Program-made: the position numbers and the translations under genes
In this document: piece by piece, positions 44,501 to 58,185 of the stretch
Layout: every line of letters begins with the position of its first letter
Position numbering within the stretch: the first letter of the stretch is position 1
From: Blasia pusilla
Taxonomy: Eukaryota
Assembly: GCA_050084515.1 (NCBI GenBank)
Contig: CM114271.1
Coordinates: 4,588,001-4,652,000 of the forward strand
Length of the DNA stretch: 64,000 nucleotides
Direction: 5' to 3'
Notes under the pieces: model-generated
Told to the model about the DNA's origin: nothing
Seen by the model: only the letters and a program-made list of their open reading frames with translations
Database searches by the model: none

Positions 44501-47500
44501 ATAAAGGTTAGAGGCATTTGGTTCAAGTTTCCGATAAACAATCAGAATACATTGTGACACTGCTCCAGTACAAGCCCAGTTCTAAGACTTTAAAAGACCT
44601 AGGAAACAAAGAGGCAGTGACAGGAATGTCACCTGGCGCCTGACTTGTCAGAAGTAGACTGTCTCTTCATTCCAGCGGAGACTGCCAGGCTTATGAGTTC
44701 CTCCCTCCTAGTTGCAGCAGCCTCAGTCTTTTTCTGCAGGGATTGATTACATGAATAGAAACCCAGCAGCTGAAAGATTTCTCTTAAGTGCTTCCGCAGC
44801 ATTACACCCTTACAAATCTTGCTCACAAAGTGGAAGTGCGCAACAGGGCCTCCCATGGAATCAATAACATTGAATATAGGATGTGCTAAAGATGATTCTC
44901 GATATCATTGTTAAGTGACTTCTTGACACTAACCATAGTCTTGCAAACCCAACTTCACCAACTTTATTTGCAAGGGTGATGTAAAAATATAGTTCCAATT
45001 TGGGATAGTTCAGGTGCACTGACTAAAGACCTGTGGAAACAAAGGTGAAAGGAAGTGCTACCTTCAAAGAAGAAGCACAAACTAGTTGCCTCAGCTCTGG
45101 CACATTAAGAACCTCAATTCTTCTCCGCAGTGCAATTTCAGACGCTTCGTCTGGGTTGCATGCAGTAGTTATGTAACCAGCAGCTGCACGCAAGGATACT
45201 TTCAATTAGAAAGAAAAACTCTCTTCCACCAAAATCTGGATGCTAAATTACTTGATCTCATCCACACTGTACATTCAAACTCTTCCAGTAATAAGATACA
45301 AGTCTGGTTGACAGACTATCCGGTACATCTTGCTCAATTTAACATTTTTCTATCGATCAACTTTGGCATGCACCATTTGTTTGTCAGTACATCACAGAAG
45401 CTTTCAGTTTTGTCATTCAATGAGCCTTTTCAAGAAAACTTTTCATACAGCTCATTGTTCCAGTATTTGTTTATACACCCCACTCAATTCTTAGTGTCTC
45501 AACCTCATCAGATTGCAATGACAGAGCAGAAAAATGAATAATAAAAGCAGGTGCCTACCAATTAGCTCATCTGAGGCCGCACACACATCATCAACATCTT
45601 TGTATAGTAGACTTGAAAGACGAAACCAAGGCCCTGTGGAAGTTTTTGCACAAACTACCCACCAATTCAGGTCCCAAAAGCAATTCCTCTCATAAAGATA
45701 AAAAACACATAATATGACATTGGTTGTCATGGACAAATTGACTACTATTGTAAAAAAGATCCTGTCCATTATAGGGTCCAAAAATGCTCTAACCTACCTT
45801 TCCTCTGATAAAGACGTATGAAGAGTCTTTGAGCATCGGCCGACATGGAACTGAATGTCCCTGAAGAGAAAACAAATGAGAGAGTGAACTTGAAACATCT
45901 TTACCATGTGACAAGACCAGAAACGTTCAAACAAACTTCAAAACAAAGAACTCCTGTTGGGACTATGACTTTTTTTTGAAAGTGAGAGGAGCTCATTATG
46001 AGCCCAATGCATATTGGACACTACACTTCAATACTATCTTTTCATGCAAGCACGTTTTACAAAGAAAAATCACAGTTTTTACCTCATTACTCATCAAAGT
46101 CCACATTAAGTTTTACAGCACACGTGCAAATGCAGCCTGAAAATCTACAAAAAGTATACTGGGAACCTTGGAAGGATAAGGTCCTGAACAATTACCTAAG
46201 AAAGATTTCTCTTCGTCTTTAAATAAATGGGAGTCCCGCTCCAGAATTGTTTGTAGCATAGCCAAAAAGTTTTTTTGACACTTACTGCCAGTTGATATGA
46301 AAGAAGGTTGAAGAGAAGCATTGCTTTCACCAGCAGCAAGCACAAGCTGCTGCCAGTCATCCAGTGTCGTAAAGTCCACACCATCATCTTCACCAATCCT
46401 CTCACAGTAAAGTTTCAAAGATGCATTTCCAAAACTCTTCTCAGGAACAGCTGTCACAGACCCCTAAATCCCTCTGACAAGTCAGATACTAGATGGTCTT
46501 TAGATATTAGGCAGTACAATATCACCAAGACAAGACCAACTAGTGTATCTATATCGACATGGCAGTAAGAAAGGCAAGAGTTTACAATGGCCTCACAGAT
46601 GCATACCCAAACTTGTAAGCAGCCCTTGTCAAGGAGACCTGAAAGATGACGACTAATTTCTCTGGGCAAGTGACCTAATGCAGGACCACTACGAGTTTCC
46701 AGTGGCACAATCTGATGCATGAAGAACAAAAGACAGTATCAGCATCTCAGAATGTAAGCAAAGCAAGTGCAGACACTGAAACATCCAAGATAACTACGAC
46801 AAATATCAAACAAGGACTGATCCAGATAGACCCATGTCCACACCAACCTTGATCGAATTCGAGTCTTTGGGATTATCTGGTTCTCTCAAAACAGTAACCT
46901 GCAATCCCTCCTTGCAAACTACCTTTCTATTGAATCTCCGGCCCACAATTTTTGTTTCTAACACTCCAACCAGTGCAGAATTTGTCACTTGATCTGATGA
47001 TGCAGTCATAGCCACGTGACCTCTTCCATTCCTTTGAGGCATGTCAACCTTGCCCTTCTCCTCAGACTCAAGAAAGCTTGTTCCATAAATATTCTCTATA
47101 CCGTCTGCATGTGTATCGATCTGCTTCCCATCACAACTCTCTGTAATTTTCACTTTACAGGACAGGCTATGGCAGAGACAGGCACATGCAATCTTTGCTG
47201 CTTGATAGACAGATGAGCATACTTCAGGGGTATTGAAGTTCGCAGATATGCATGCTTTGAGTTCAGGCTCTTCAGACTTTATCTGAAACCTGAGTCCACC
47301 ATTGCAGTTCAATACACGCCCCAATTGCTCTTTACTCTGAGCACAGTCCAGTCTCTCATTGTGATCAAATTCCTGTTTTAGTTGAGCCTTGGTGTGGCGA
47401 TTGTGACTACCCAGAGCACAGACAACTTCAAGCCCAGGTCGCTCTAGATCTACACTGCCCTCTGATTTATCATTCAGCAAAATCTCCTGGTTCTCTTTCT

Positions 47501-48614
47501 TAATATTCTCGCCAATCTGCATGCCTGGGGCTTTATTCATGTACTTGTTAGTCCCAGTAGGACTGCCAAATTGCGACAATGTAAGCTGCTTGCACTTTTG
47601 CCTCTTACCTTTCAGCCCCCCTTGTAAGCAAAGATCTGTAATCCCACCAATGACGGTGTCAAGGACTGTCTGGTACTTAAGTGATTGATACAAGCTGGAT
47701 TCCACAGTGGTCATAACCTATCCACACTCCTCATGACGCCAACCATTCTGTCTCATGATCAAAAGATTCTGAATAACACCATGCTCCCAAAATGTTATGA
47801 TGTAGATTGATAGCATTGACACCACTATACATCTCAGGCTTTCAAGATTCCACCTCCACCTCCACCCCCTTCCTCTCCCTCTCCCTCAATTCCACCCCAT
47901 TAATTGAGTCCTCAGATCAAACCTGGGTGTCATCAGATACAGTCCATACATACTATTATGCCAATGCTTATGAAAGCAGACCCAATAACATGAGATTCAA
48001 GAAGGCTAATCGAGCTGACCAAGATGACTATTTATTGCAGAGTCGCCGCCTCTCATACTCTTGGAGCAAATGGGACACCGAACCCATTCCATGGAGCTGA
48101 CCTGCTTACAAACCCCCAAACCATCCTGTTGAGGAGTGCAAATGTTCTCCTTGAGTGTGAAAATGCTTTCCACATCACCAGCTTTCTTCACATTGATCTC
48201 TTTGTCATAATTTGCAGGGTTTGCGGGAAATGGAATCTCCATATTTTCCCCGGTACTCCACGTACTGGAAGTCACTGCCGAGGAAAACTTGACCTGGAAC
48301 GCATGAAAAAAGAAGTTCAAAATCAAGTTTTGGTTCAAATACATCACTAGCATCCGTGCTTTTCTCTCAATCTTTCAAATCTGTTGATTAAAGTTTCCCA
48401 TGACATTAGCCATTAATGGTTACAAAATTTATCCAGCATGATTAAACAAGTTATCCCATGCAAACAGAAGCAGTTCACATACACTTGAAAGGATTTCCTT
48501 CTGCTCCACACCAGAAGGAGCCTTTCTATCGCCGGGAGACAAAGCAGACAGAGACAGATTGCGCCGCTTGCCCACGAGTTGAACCAATGTTTCATGCCCT
48601 CTCAAGGAGGACAT
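41514..48614 (-). CDS. FAN1: Fanconi-associated nuclease 1 (UBZ, HIRAN, SAP-like, TPR, VRR-NUC), ~1165 aa. Exons: 48483-48614, 48020-48293, 46848-47635, 46607-46711, 46196-46463, 45798-45860, 45559-45633, 45062-45183, 44633-44733, 44389-44479, 43917-44057, 43370-43587, 42946-43219, 42342-42578, 41514-42122
   Basis: All 14 introns are GT-AG with consistent phases. Motifs: CPIC..INSHLDLCL (UBZ4), TKIVGRRF..LREPDNPKDSN..GHLPR (HIRAN), RLYQRKGPWFR, VEELALQYY, GMPDLLLW..LVEVKGPRDKLSEQQ (PD-(D/E)xK). An alternative in-frame ATG lies at 48638. Confidence 0.95.
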
Positions 48615-51601
48615 GGCAGGACCCTCTCCTCTCCTCATGTCTAAGCTTGTCTGGTCAAAAAGCTCTTTTTGCTGCACTGATTCCGACTACTCCTTCAGTC
48701 ACCAATTCAGAACCTCCACCGCCCTTATCTCAGCCAGAGCGTCACCTGACCCCCAAGGCTCCTCCTCTACGCCTCGTGAGTTCAGGGGTAACAAGTATTA
48801 TAGATTCGACATCCCAAGTTCCTCCTTTCCAGACTCCTCCTCTCATCCTGGACTTCATCCGAGTGTTCCTTCACACGAAACGCACGATATGAGCCAGGCG
48901 CCCATGAAGACCCATCGCCTCATAGAGATCCCGGGATCGGAGGGAGATAAATAAATTATCATGTCAGCGTTTCAATCAATCCTACGAGACATTCAGAACA
49001 TCGTCCGCCGCATTCCGTGCCTCAATTCAAGTAATCTTTACGCACACTCTGATTCAGAATCTGCTTAACTCCACGTTGCGCCTGTGACCTGATCACTTGC
49101 ACACAATCAAATCAAACAATACAGGTCATCTACGCCATTCTCTCTCTTCACTTGGTCAGGTTGTACTTCAACTGATATAAGATCCAAAGAAATCTCCGGA
49201 TCAACTCTCCCTTACAGTTGGCGTCCCCTACCTAAGGCATAGATGACTCAATTTCGAGAGACATGTACGATTTGTGTAACTTACTTGGGTCAAGAATTTG
49301 GAAAAAAATTCCAGACCTTCACCGAAAAAACAAATCTCCTTGAGAACCAAAACAGAAATGTTTGAAATCTGGATGAAGGTGCCTGTCACATATATGGAAG
49401 GGGTCCCATAGGAGTGGTTTAGGGTCTAATTCTAAATTATCTCTCTGTAACCCTGTCTGTGCTGTGACTCTCTTGCTTGATCGGCATGCTTTGGTGCTGC
49501 AAGTATTGTAATTCCACGTCACACTGCCCTCTTGGGTAATCTGCGGCCAAAACCTCAGTTCATTCATTCTCTTTCACTCACCATCACCTTTCCTATTGCA
49601 ATTACCACGATCACATCAGCCTAGGGTTCTCTATCTCTTCCAAGGACTTGCCCTCACCGTCTCTGATCTCATGCTAGAAAGAACCACGTTCAGATCGCTA
49701 AATTCTTACATAGGTATGTGAAGGCTAGAGAAGTCACCCGGAACAGACGAGCACGTAAGCCCCCTTTGGTGGTGCGCTGTCTGTGCTCTTCGATTGTTGC
49801 ACACTTCGCTAATCGAAAAGTCCCCTGTGACAACTTAATTCCTAGCACCTCACTTTGCGCGTTGGATTTCGTATATACTGCTCGTCTTAGCATGCTCTGT
49901 TGTCAACATTTTGTGTATTTGTGGAAATGAAGCCCCCTGACTCTCTCGGGTCCCCTCGTGGACAACTAATCACGTCATTCGTTCTGTGTATACTTGTGAG
50001 TTCCCTGATCTCTTCCAAGTCACTTCATCCGTACCTCTGAGTCTCATCCCCGGAGTAACGAAGCTCGATTAATTCGTTCTCAACTTTCCACACCTGCGCC
50101 AATTCGACTAATCTCCTCGAGTATTCTCCGCTTCAGAATCTCCCTCGTCCCTCCACACATTATACTCCAAGGAAGTTCGGGGCTCCATCCATCCTCTCCA
50201 TCTCTCTCTATACATAACAAATCAATTATCTCATTCATTCATTCTCTCTCTCGTCTGCGGAAAGAAACACGACGGTGTTGATGCTTCCCACCTAATGACG
50301 CAGTTTCAAATTCGCGCTCCTCGTCCTCTTCACTGTTGCAGATCTTTGCCACATGAGCCAGTTTCTTCGGGAAGACTGCCATCTTAATTGTCAACAGCTT
50401 CTCGGAGAAGATTCTCATGTTTTACAAGCTCCATGAAACTAGTATGCGGCCAGAGTAGTATGACTAAGGAAGGTTTATTAGTGTAATTAATTACATAAAT
50501 GGATTAGATTCGGGGTGAAAGTTATTTGAAGTTTATTAAATGGATATGAATGGTAATTTGATGCATTTGATAGCAGTGATTAAATTTATTGGATCATGAA
50601 TAATAAAAATATTGGATGGACATGAATAATAATTTAAGGGATCATGTTCTACTTGAAATAGTAGAGTCTCATAAGTGAGCATTGGTTGGGTGTAGAACAC
50701 TAGAGTCTGATAATAATTAGGCAGATGCAAGCTGGTATGTTGTGAATGAGTGCAAGTGGTTCCTTTACCTTGACCATGAAGTGTACCAACAGTTGGAGAA
50801 TTTATTTATGTGTGATCTTACATGTATGAGTGTGAAACTAAAGTGAATTTCAATATAGCTTGAAATGAAACTGACACTAAATTCTCATGTACCTCAAGAG
50901 CAAATAGAGCTAAAGTAATGAACAGGATCAAACATCGTAGATATGAGTACTTTTACTAAGTTGAAAAGTAGCATGCCTACATAATCTGCAGATTCATGTT
51001 CAAAGATAGCTCTACCTGCTATCAGAAATATCAATTCCTTTGAGCAATGTAGAGGAGTTAAAACTTTTTAAATCAGGAGCCAATATCTGAGAATGTGATT
51101 GAAATTCTCAATGTGGAATCAATACAAACTTGACAGAAGATTTGAAGTAAAAATTCTGCCATGAGAATACCATGGAACTAAGGCTATCCCATAAGCGGTC
51201 TTAGATCTTTAAAAAACACATACATGTAGTAGTGGTACATACACACTGAATTAATGTGAAGAACTAACTCCTCAGCATGGACTGAATTACAAGAAGTTGA
51301 AGCTTAAGTCTAGGATCATCAACAACTAAAGGAGCAACATCTTTGGAGAACTCCTTAAACTTATCTCTTGTTGCACTTAAATTTTCCTTTGTCATCTGAA
51401 TCTTCTGGAGTTTGTTCTCATTCTCTTCACATGCATTGTCCAACATGTCTTGTAGAGTTGAAATCTCTCTTGACAACTGATCTGTTCTATTCTCTGTATC
51501 ACTAAGTGCCCTGGAAATGTTGTGGTAAACATTTAGTGGAACTGATGGCTGCCTGAATGTGTGGTGTAGCTGACTTGGAGGACCAAGATCTAAATGAATG
51601 T

Positions 51602-54600
51602 TGTCATGTCTTTTAGGATAGATCAGTGAGATCTAATAGAGTGCTTTCATGAGTAGAAGAGGACACGCTCAGTAGGACGGGGATGACCTCTTGAGGCCCC
51701 GGGAAACCTGAGAGAATAGGTTTCCCCTTTGTTTCGGCTCATTTAGAGCCATATTGAAGAACTTACTATTTCAGTAAGTACCATTTTGAGTATATGATCG
51801 ACTTTCTATTTTTGGTAAGTGGCCCTTGACTTCCTACATCAGGTCAAGAGCCAAGGAGGTAACTTGGGAGCATTGGTTACCATGGAGAGAGCTTGGGAGA
51901 GGGGAGAGGTATACCTCAAGGAGAGAGAGAGCTTGAAATCTCATTCTCTCTTTGTTGAACCTCTTGGCACGAGGCGGCGCAGTTATGGTCCCTTGCCTTC
52001 TGAGTGTAACTCAAGCCTCTCATTAGGAGAGTGGATTTGGTTTGACATTGGGAGAGACCTGTGAGAGTGCACACATGTGAGAACTATGGTGTTGTGAGAG
52101 AGATTGGATCTTACTTTAAAAAGAGAGAATTGAGTGAGTGAGAGAGCTTATGGGGGAGCTCGCTCGTTGCTCGATGTTTGGTGAAGGTTGGGGGACCGTG
52201 TTCCCCGCTTCATGGCTCATGGGAGTGCTCACCGGAGCAAGAGTCGTGCGAGTTTGCTGTTTTGCTTTGCTGATTTTTTGTACGGGAGAGTGGCACACGG
52301 AAGTGCTGCCCAATTTTTGATAGGAATTGAGTATGGGGGCGGATTACTCCATGTCGGTGCTTTCGTGAGCACCATGTAGCTTGCTGATTTTTGTTCTCAT
52401 AGGTTTTACATTTTCGTTGGGAGAAATCAGCGCGGAAGCGCTGCCAAATTTTGTGTAGGAGAAAGAGATATTGGGTTTTACGACAGTCCCTGTCAATTTT
52501 TATTGGAATGTCTGATTCCAAATATTTTTTGACGCCGTCGTAGATCGTGAAGCTCTGCATGTTGTGCAACAAATGATGCGCAATTTGGAGTTGCGAGCAA
52601 AACATTATGGTCACTCTTGCAAAATTGCCATTGCTAGGCGATTTTTAGGGTTAAATTGTTCAAACCCTAAACCAACCATCGCGCCGGCGGCGGCTGTTGC
52701 CATCACAATCATCATCTACGGTCCGCCATCAATGGTCAACCATCACCGTCAATGGTCTGATGTCACCATCAATGGTCAACGATCCACCGTCGGCCGCTGC
52801 CGCCGCCTAGCGTTGCTCAGAGCCGAGTTCGGCCGTTGTCCACCCTTTGGTTGCCATTGCTGCCATTACAGAGTGGAGGGTCTTCCACGACCACTGTTGA
52901 TTCTTTGACTTGCGCCGCCATCACGTACTTTGGTTTGGCTGCCACCGTCATCGCAGTTTCTTCATCAACCATGTCACATCTGAGTAGCCGATAGGCCGAG
53001 ATCTATCGTGGATAGGGCGTAAGAGCCAGCGGACTATCTTGAGTGTAACTTTGTCCCATGGTGTCGGATGAAGTTGAGGATAGGTTCATTGTGTCAGGAA
53101 CGTCGTTTTTGACAACTTTTATGTTGAGGTCTTTCACAACCGGGTGACTTGTTGACCAAGTCACACGCCCTTGGTAACCTATGCGCGCAAGTTACCAAGG
53201 GGAGGGCTATTTTTAGGGGAAGAGCCTTTTGGCTCTTCCCAACCCTATATAAGAGAGGAAGATGGCTTTCCTAAGCCATATTTCTCATGTTTGGCCATTG
53301 GAGCACCTCTCTTGTATGTGTGTGAGATAGGACTAGGGTGCTAGCATCCGGATTCCCTGATAGCACAGGGTGGACGAGGCTTGATATGCCGATGTAGATT
53401 GAGGAGTGGAGTTTTAGGCCGGGTGTGTCGTTTTTACTACTCTTTATTTTTACATGAGAAAGATGTCAGGGGGCTGGTGGGAATTTGTTGTTTGTAGGTA
53501 GGCAAGCGAGTTGCCTTGGTCGGCAGCCCGTGGAGACGTTGGTTGGCGTCGTATTTGTCATTTTTCGGTTTTGAAGGCCGTGGGCGGAAGCGCTGTCCGT
53601 TTTTCTCATATTTTGCTCGTACGGATTGACGTGGGACAGCAGCCGAGTGTAGTGTGCAGTGGGGCGGCAGGTGTACACGAGTGAGGGTGTCGGGAGAGAG
53701 AAGAAAAGGGCATGTTTGGGTCTTTCAGCCGCCGGGGGGCTATCAAGTAAAGACCGCTAGGTTAGGTCGCGAAGGCTAGGGTTAGGGCGCGGCGGACGGG
53801 CGGCGACGCAGCGCTTCGAACGTGGTAGCACAGTCCGATATGGTACCATAGTTGGCGGGAGTGACGTGGTAAAGTTGGACGTAGTCAGAAGGGAAGACAT
53901 GGTTGAGAGCCGACCAGGGTGAGTCAGATTACATACCGCGTGTGGGGATGGACGGAGAGGTTTGCGCAACATGATGTTTTTGGGGCGCGACAGGGCATTG
54001 CGAGAGTTGACGATGGAGAGGCAGTGCACATGATGCCGACAGTTTGTCCGCATCTGTTGACAGGAGGATCTACGTATTGGTCGAGGAGAGTGTTGTGTTG
54101 CGGAGGTTGTCATATCACGTGGAGGAGTGCATGTTGACGGTGCAGCAGGTTGGAGGGCGTGATCAGGTTATCCATTCGAGTCCCTTTTCCCGCACTTGTC
54201 GTGTGTGATTGAGAGTGCTGGGTATCGGGTAGTAGCTGGTGCTAGGTGGGTGCAGTGATGGTGACGAGTGTAGATTCTATTCATGTGTAGCATGTTGGTG
54301 GATATACGGAGGTTGCCAAGTAGGGGTCGCGTGTATGACCCGAGAGAGTGTCACTAGGTTAGGTGAGTGAGTTGGGAGGGTCATGGTGAGCCCGAGTGTT
54401 GAGTGTGCGTGAGGCCGGGTATGTCATCACGGGATTGATGTTAGCATAGGTGAGCTAGTGAGGAGTGTGGGAGACTCTTGGTGAGTCTGAGTGCTTGAGC
54501 GGGTGAGACATGGTTTGTCATCACGGCGTTCTTCCAAGGTTCGAAATAATGGGATAGTGCGAGTAGTAGTAGTGGTGTGACACAGAGTGCAGTGAGATAC

Positions 54601-57600
54601 CGAGGGGTTACCAGTGAGGAGCTACCTCGACATCCATCCGTGGTTGGATCGTCATCACTAGACATTGGGTCTGGTGACGAGATCGCAGACACAGACAGTA
54701 GTACTTGGCAGGAGATGGATGACATGGGCCATCAGGGCATGCGTCGTTTCTCGGGTGCAGTGGGCACCATCGACTTAGATGATTTTATCCAGGAGTTCGA
54801 CACGTGGTGCAACTTCCAGGAGATACGGACCCCGACACGGTTCAACCCTTTCATGGCATGAAAGGGATTGTTCCAGCACTTGGAGGGTCCTCTGATGGAT
54901 GACTACATGGAGTTTCAATCACTATATTCAGTAGAGATTGATGCCTGGAGGATGTATTGGGCTCTAGGATATGTGTCCACTAGTGGACGCGAGGCATATG
55001 ATGGGATTGTGAGAGGAGATAGATCCACACCATCATCCCAATGACTAGATGGAGAGGAGGGCAGTGAGACAAGCGATGTGGCAGAGACCTCTGGTGGTAG
55101 AGGACCACCCAGCTTCAGCCCCACAGTGGAGTTCTTCCGACAGTTGGGGAAGAGCTCCCAGGGCGTACGCACTGACAAGCTGAAGAGTCTACAGGATTTT
55201 CAGCGATGATCGGGTGAGAGTTTGAGAGAGGCATTCACACGCATGAGGAGGCTGATCATTGCTACGTATGGAGTGATTGAGGCGCAGTCAATCTAGTATT
55301 GGTACGGGGTTTTGGACGGAGAACTACGGAGGAGAGTCCGAGATGCGGTGTTGATTCACACAGCGAAGCCCACATTGAAGGTGGTTTTTGAGTTGTCTGA
55401 GCGTATTGAGCTCAACATGAGTGAGGAGCACGTAGTGACCGCTGGATTTTCTCGAGAGTTGACAGGTCCACGAGCGACGGTGACCCCACATAGCAAGCAC
55501 CAGTACCACGGGAGCGGGCCAGTGTGCCCAGAGAGCAGGGCGGGTACTGTGAGCCTATGAGGCAACGACCCGTACCTACATATGTTGCCCAGCAGGGACC
55601 GATGTGGTCTTGCTCTATATTCAGTATTGGTGGCGAGGCATGCAGACTGACGTTCAGCAATTTGTTGCTAGATGCATGGTGTGTGATCGAGTTTGAGCAG
55701 CATTCAATGCTCCAACTCCATAGTTGCATCCACTTCCGATCATAGGTTTAGGTTATAGATGGAGTTTGGATTTTGCAGGACCTTTGCCTTTGATGGAGCG
55801 CCATAGTCGTTATGAGTTGGTGATGGTCGAGCACTTCTCAAAGTGGATAGAGTTGGTTGCATTTCTTGACAAAGCAAGTGAGGGAGTAGCGTATGCCTTC
55901 CTAGATCGAGTGCTGAGTCATTACGGCGCACCAACTGAGGTATTGACAGACCAGGATACAGAGTTCGGCGGGGAGTTTCAGGCCTTGTGTGACCAAGCAC
56001 TAATCGACCACGACACTACTTTGCGAGATCATTGTGAGGCGGATGGACTAGTGGAGCGGTTTGTGCAGACGATGAAGAGAGGACTATGCAAGTATGGCTT
56101 GCAGATAGGTCACCTAGGAGATGTGGACCTTCAGTTACCGTGGTTGGCGATGGGATACAAATTCAGCATGCAGGCATCCTTAGCATATTTCTCACCGTAC
56201 TTGTTGCTTTATGGCCGAGAACCAGATTTACCTGCGGCCATTCGTCGAGATGTTGGTGAGGTGTTGAACCCTGATGACCCTGATCTATGGATGAAAGCAT
56301 ATTCTTAGAGGGCTAAGTTGTTTTGGAGAGTGATGCCCATGGCGTTTGAGAACTTGGCGATTGCCCAACATCGGGATACGTTGAGGTATGGGACTATTCG
56401 GGGAGGTGGTTATCGATCTACTATCCGGAGGTTTCATTAGGGAGACTATGTCTACTTGCAGCAGAGGACACCCACGATATTGGATGTGACTGCAAGGCGC
56501 ACCATCTTGAGAGTGCGTAAGGTTTTGCCATCCGATGTTCTCTTGTTGGAGGGACACGATGGTATGGTTTGGAAGGACCATGTGCATAACTGTGCGTCAT
56601 GTCATCTTTCAAACACTAACAATACAGTTGATCCAAGCCTAGCAATAGTTCATGGAGGCTTGTGGTGTATGTTGTGTGGTTCCGCCCGTGGTGCAACCAC
56701 TATGCTAGTCTGAGATGGGTGTTCGAGAGGATGGCATATGGCATGTTTGACGCCACCTCTCACTAGGGTTCCTCATGGATGATGGATGTGTCCCAAATGT
56801 ACATAAAGTAGGTAGTTCTACATTCTGACTTGTGTCTGTGAGATGGATGACAAAAAGGCGACTAACGATGGGGCCACATGAGCATCCTTCCTTCTTGCTC
56901 TTAGCGTCCGAGAGATGTATGTCATGGTAGGTAGGGATAGATGGCTATCTGGAGTTAGAGGGACCTAACCACCAACAGGGAGGATGATTGGAGATATTTT
57001 GGTACTTCTTATCTCATTGTTTGGATGCCATGAGTTAGCATGGGATTGTGCGTGTTTGTGTGTGTGTTCGGTGACAATGATATATATTGTGTAGCGATGT
57101 GTATGCCCACGACAACTATCACGTCTTTTAGGATAGATCGGTGAGATTTAGTAGAGCGCCTTCGTGAGTAGTGGAGGACATGCTCAACAGGTCGGGGATG
57201 ATGTGCTGAGGCCCCAATAAACTTGAGAGAGTAGGTTTCCCCTTCGTTTTGGCTCATTTGGAGCCATATTGAGGAATTTACTATTTTAGATAAGTACTAT
57301 TTTGAATATATGATCAACTTTCTAATTTTGGTAAGTGGACCTTGACCTCCTACATCAAGTCAAGAACCAAGGAGGTGACTTGGGAGCATAGATTACCATG
57401 GAGAGAGCTTGGGAGAGGGGAAGGGTATACCTCAAGGAGAGAGAGCTTGAGAGCTCATTCTCTCTTTGTTGAACCTCTTAGCACGAGGCGGCGGAGCTAT
57501 GGTCCTTTGCCTTCTAAGTGTAACCGAAGCCTCTCATTTGGAGAGTGGGTTTGGTTTGACATTGAGAGAGACATGTGAGAGTGCACACATGTGAGAACTA

Positions 57601-57759
57601 TGGTGTTGTGAGAGAGATTGGATCTTATTTTATTGGAGATATTTTGGTACTTCTTGTCTCGTTGTTTGGATGCCATGAGTTAGCATGGAATCGTGTGTGT
57701 TTGTGTGTGTATTCGATGACAACGATGTATGTTGTGTAGCGATGTGTATACGCACGACA
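51602..57759 (+). mobile_element. Gypsy-type insertion (decayed gag ~54577-55500, integrase ~55724-56600, PHD finger 56666-56806; protease/RT/RNase H absent) with A1..B1-A2-B2 repeats
   Basis: TG at 51602, CA at 57759, TSD atgt/atat; integrase WSLDFAGPLP..VLTDQDTEF..DGLVER; A repeats 51602-52117 and 57117-57631; B repeats 56987-57114 and 57632-57759. Confidence 0.88.
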
Positions 57760-58109
57760 ATATCCACATTGATGTCCTCTTGTGTACTTGCATGAGATCC
57801 TGATGTGTTGTAATTCGGCCTTCTTGATGGCTTGCGTGATCTCACATGGTGAATCTGAATAGAACGAACAAAAATTTGTGTTAGAAAGGGTGCTCTAAAA
57901 CACATGTGGATTTACTACATACTTACAAAAATTCTAGAGATGATAGGTATTGTAATGAAAATCTGATAGATTGAACACTTAATCTGCAAAGAAACTAAAA
58001 TATGAAATGTTGACTAAAATACATGATTATACCAATAATGCCAAATATTGAGAATTGCACAAGTACAAATTGAGACTATACCAACAGTATAGCAAAGTGG
58101 GTAAATTTT

Positions 58110-58185
58110 CACTATGCATACGTATATACATCTAATCTTTCAAGGTCCAGTTTGAAAGATTAGATGTATATAGGTATGCATAGTG
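58110..58185. repeat. 34-bp inverted repeat (1 mismatch, 8-nt loop)
   Basis: cactatgcatacgtatatacatctaatctttcaa-ggtccagt-ttgaaagattagatgtatataggtatgcatagtg. Confidence 0.95.

Noticed and set aside
47636-47714. N-terminal extension of the 302-aa ORF as FAN1 coding sequence
   Set aside because: The acceptor at 47635 gives the correct phase and completes the UBZ (HLD-LC), so the upstream part is intron
48458-48954. Plus-strand ORFs overlapping the FAN1 start
   Set aside because: Antisense to exon 1 and the 5' UTR; low complexity, no motifs
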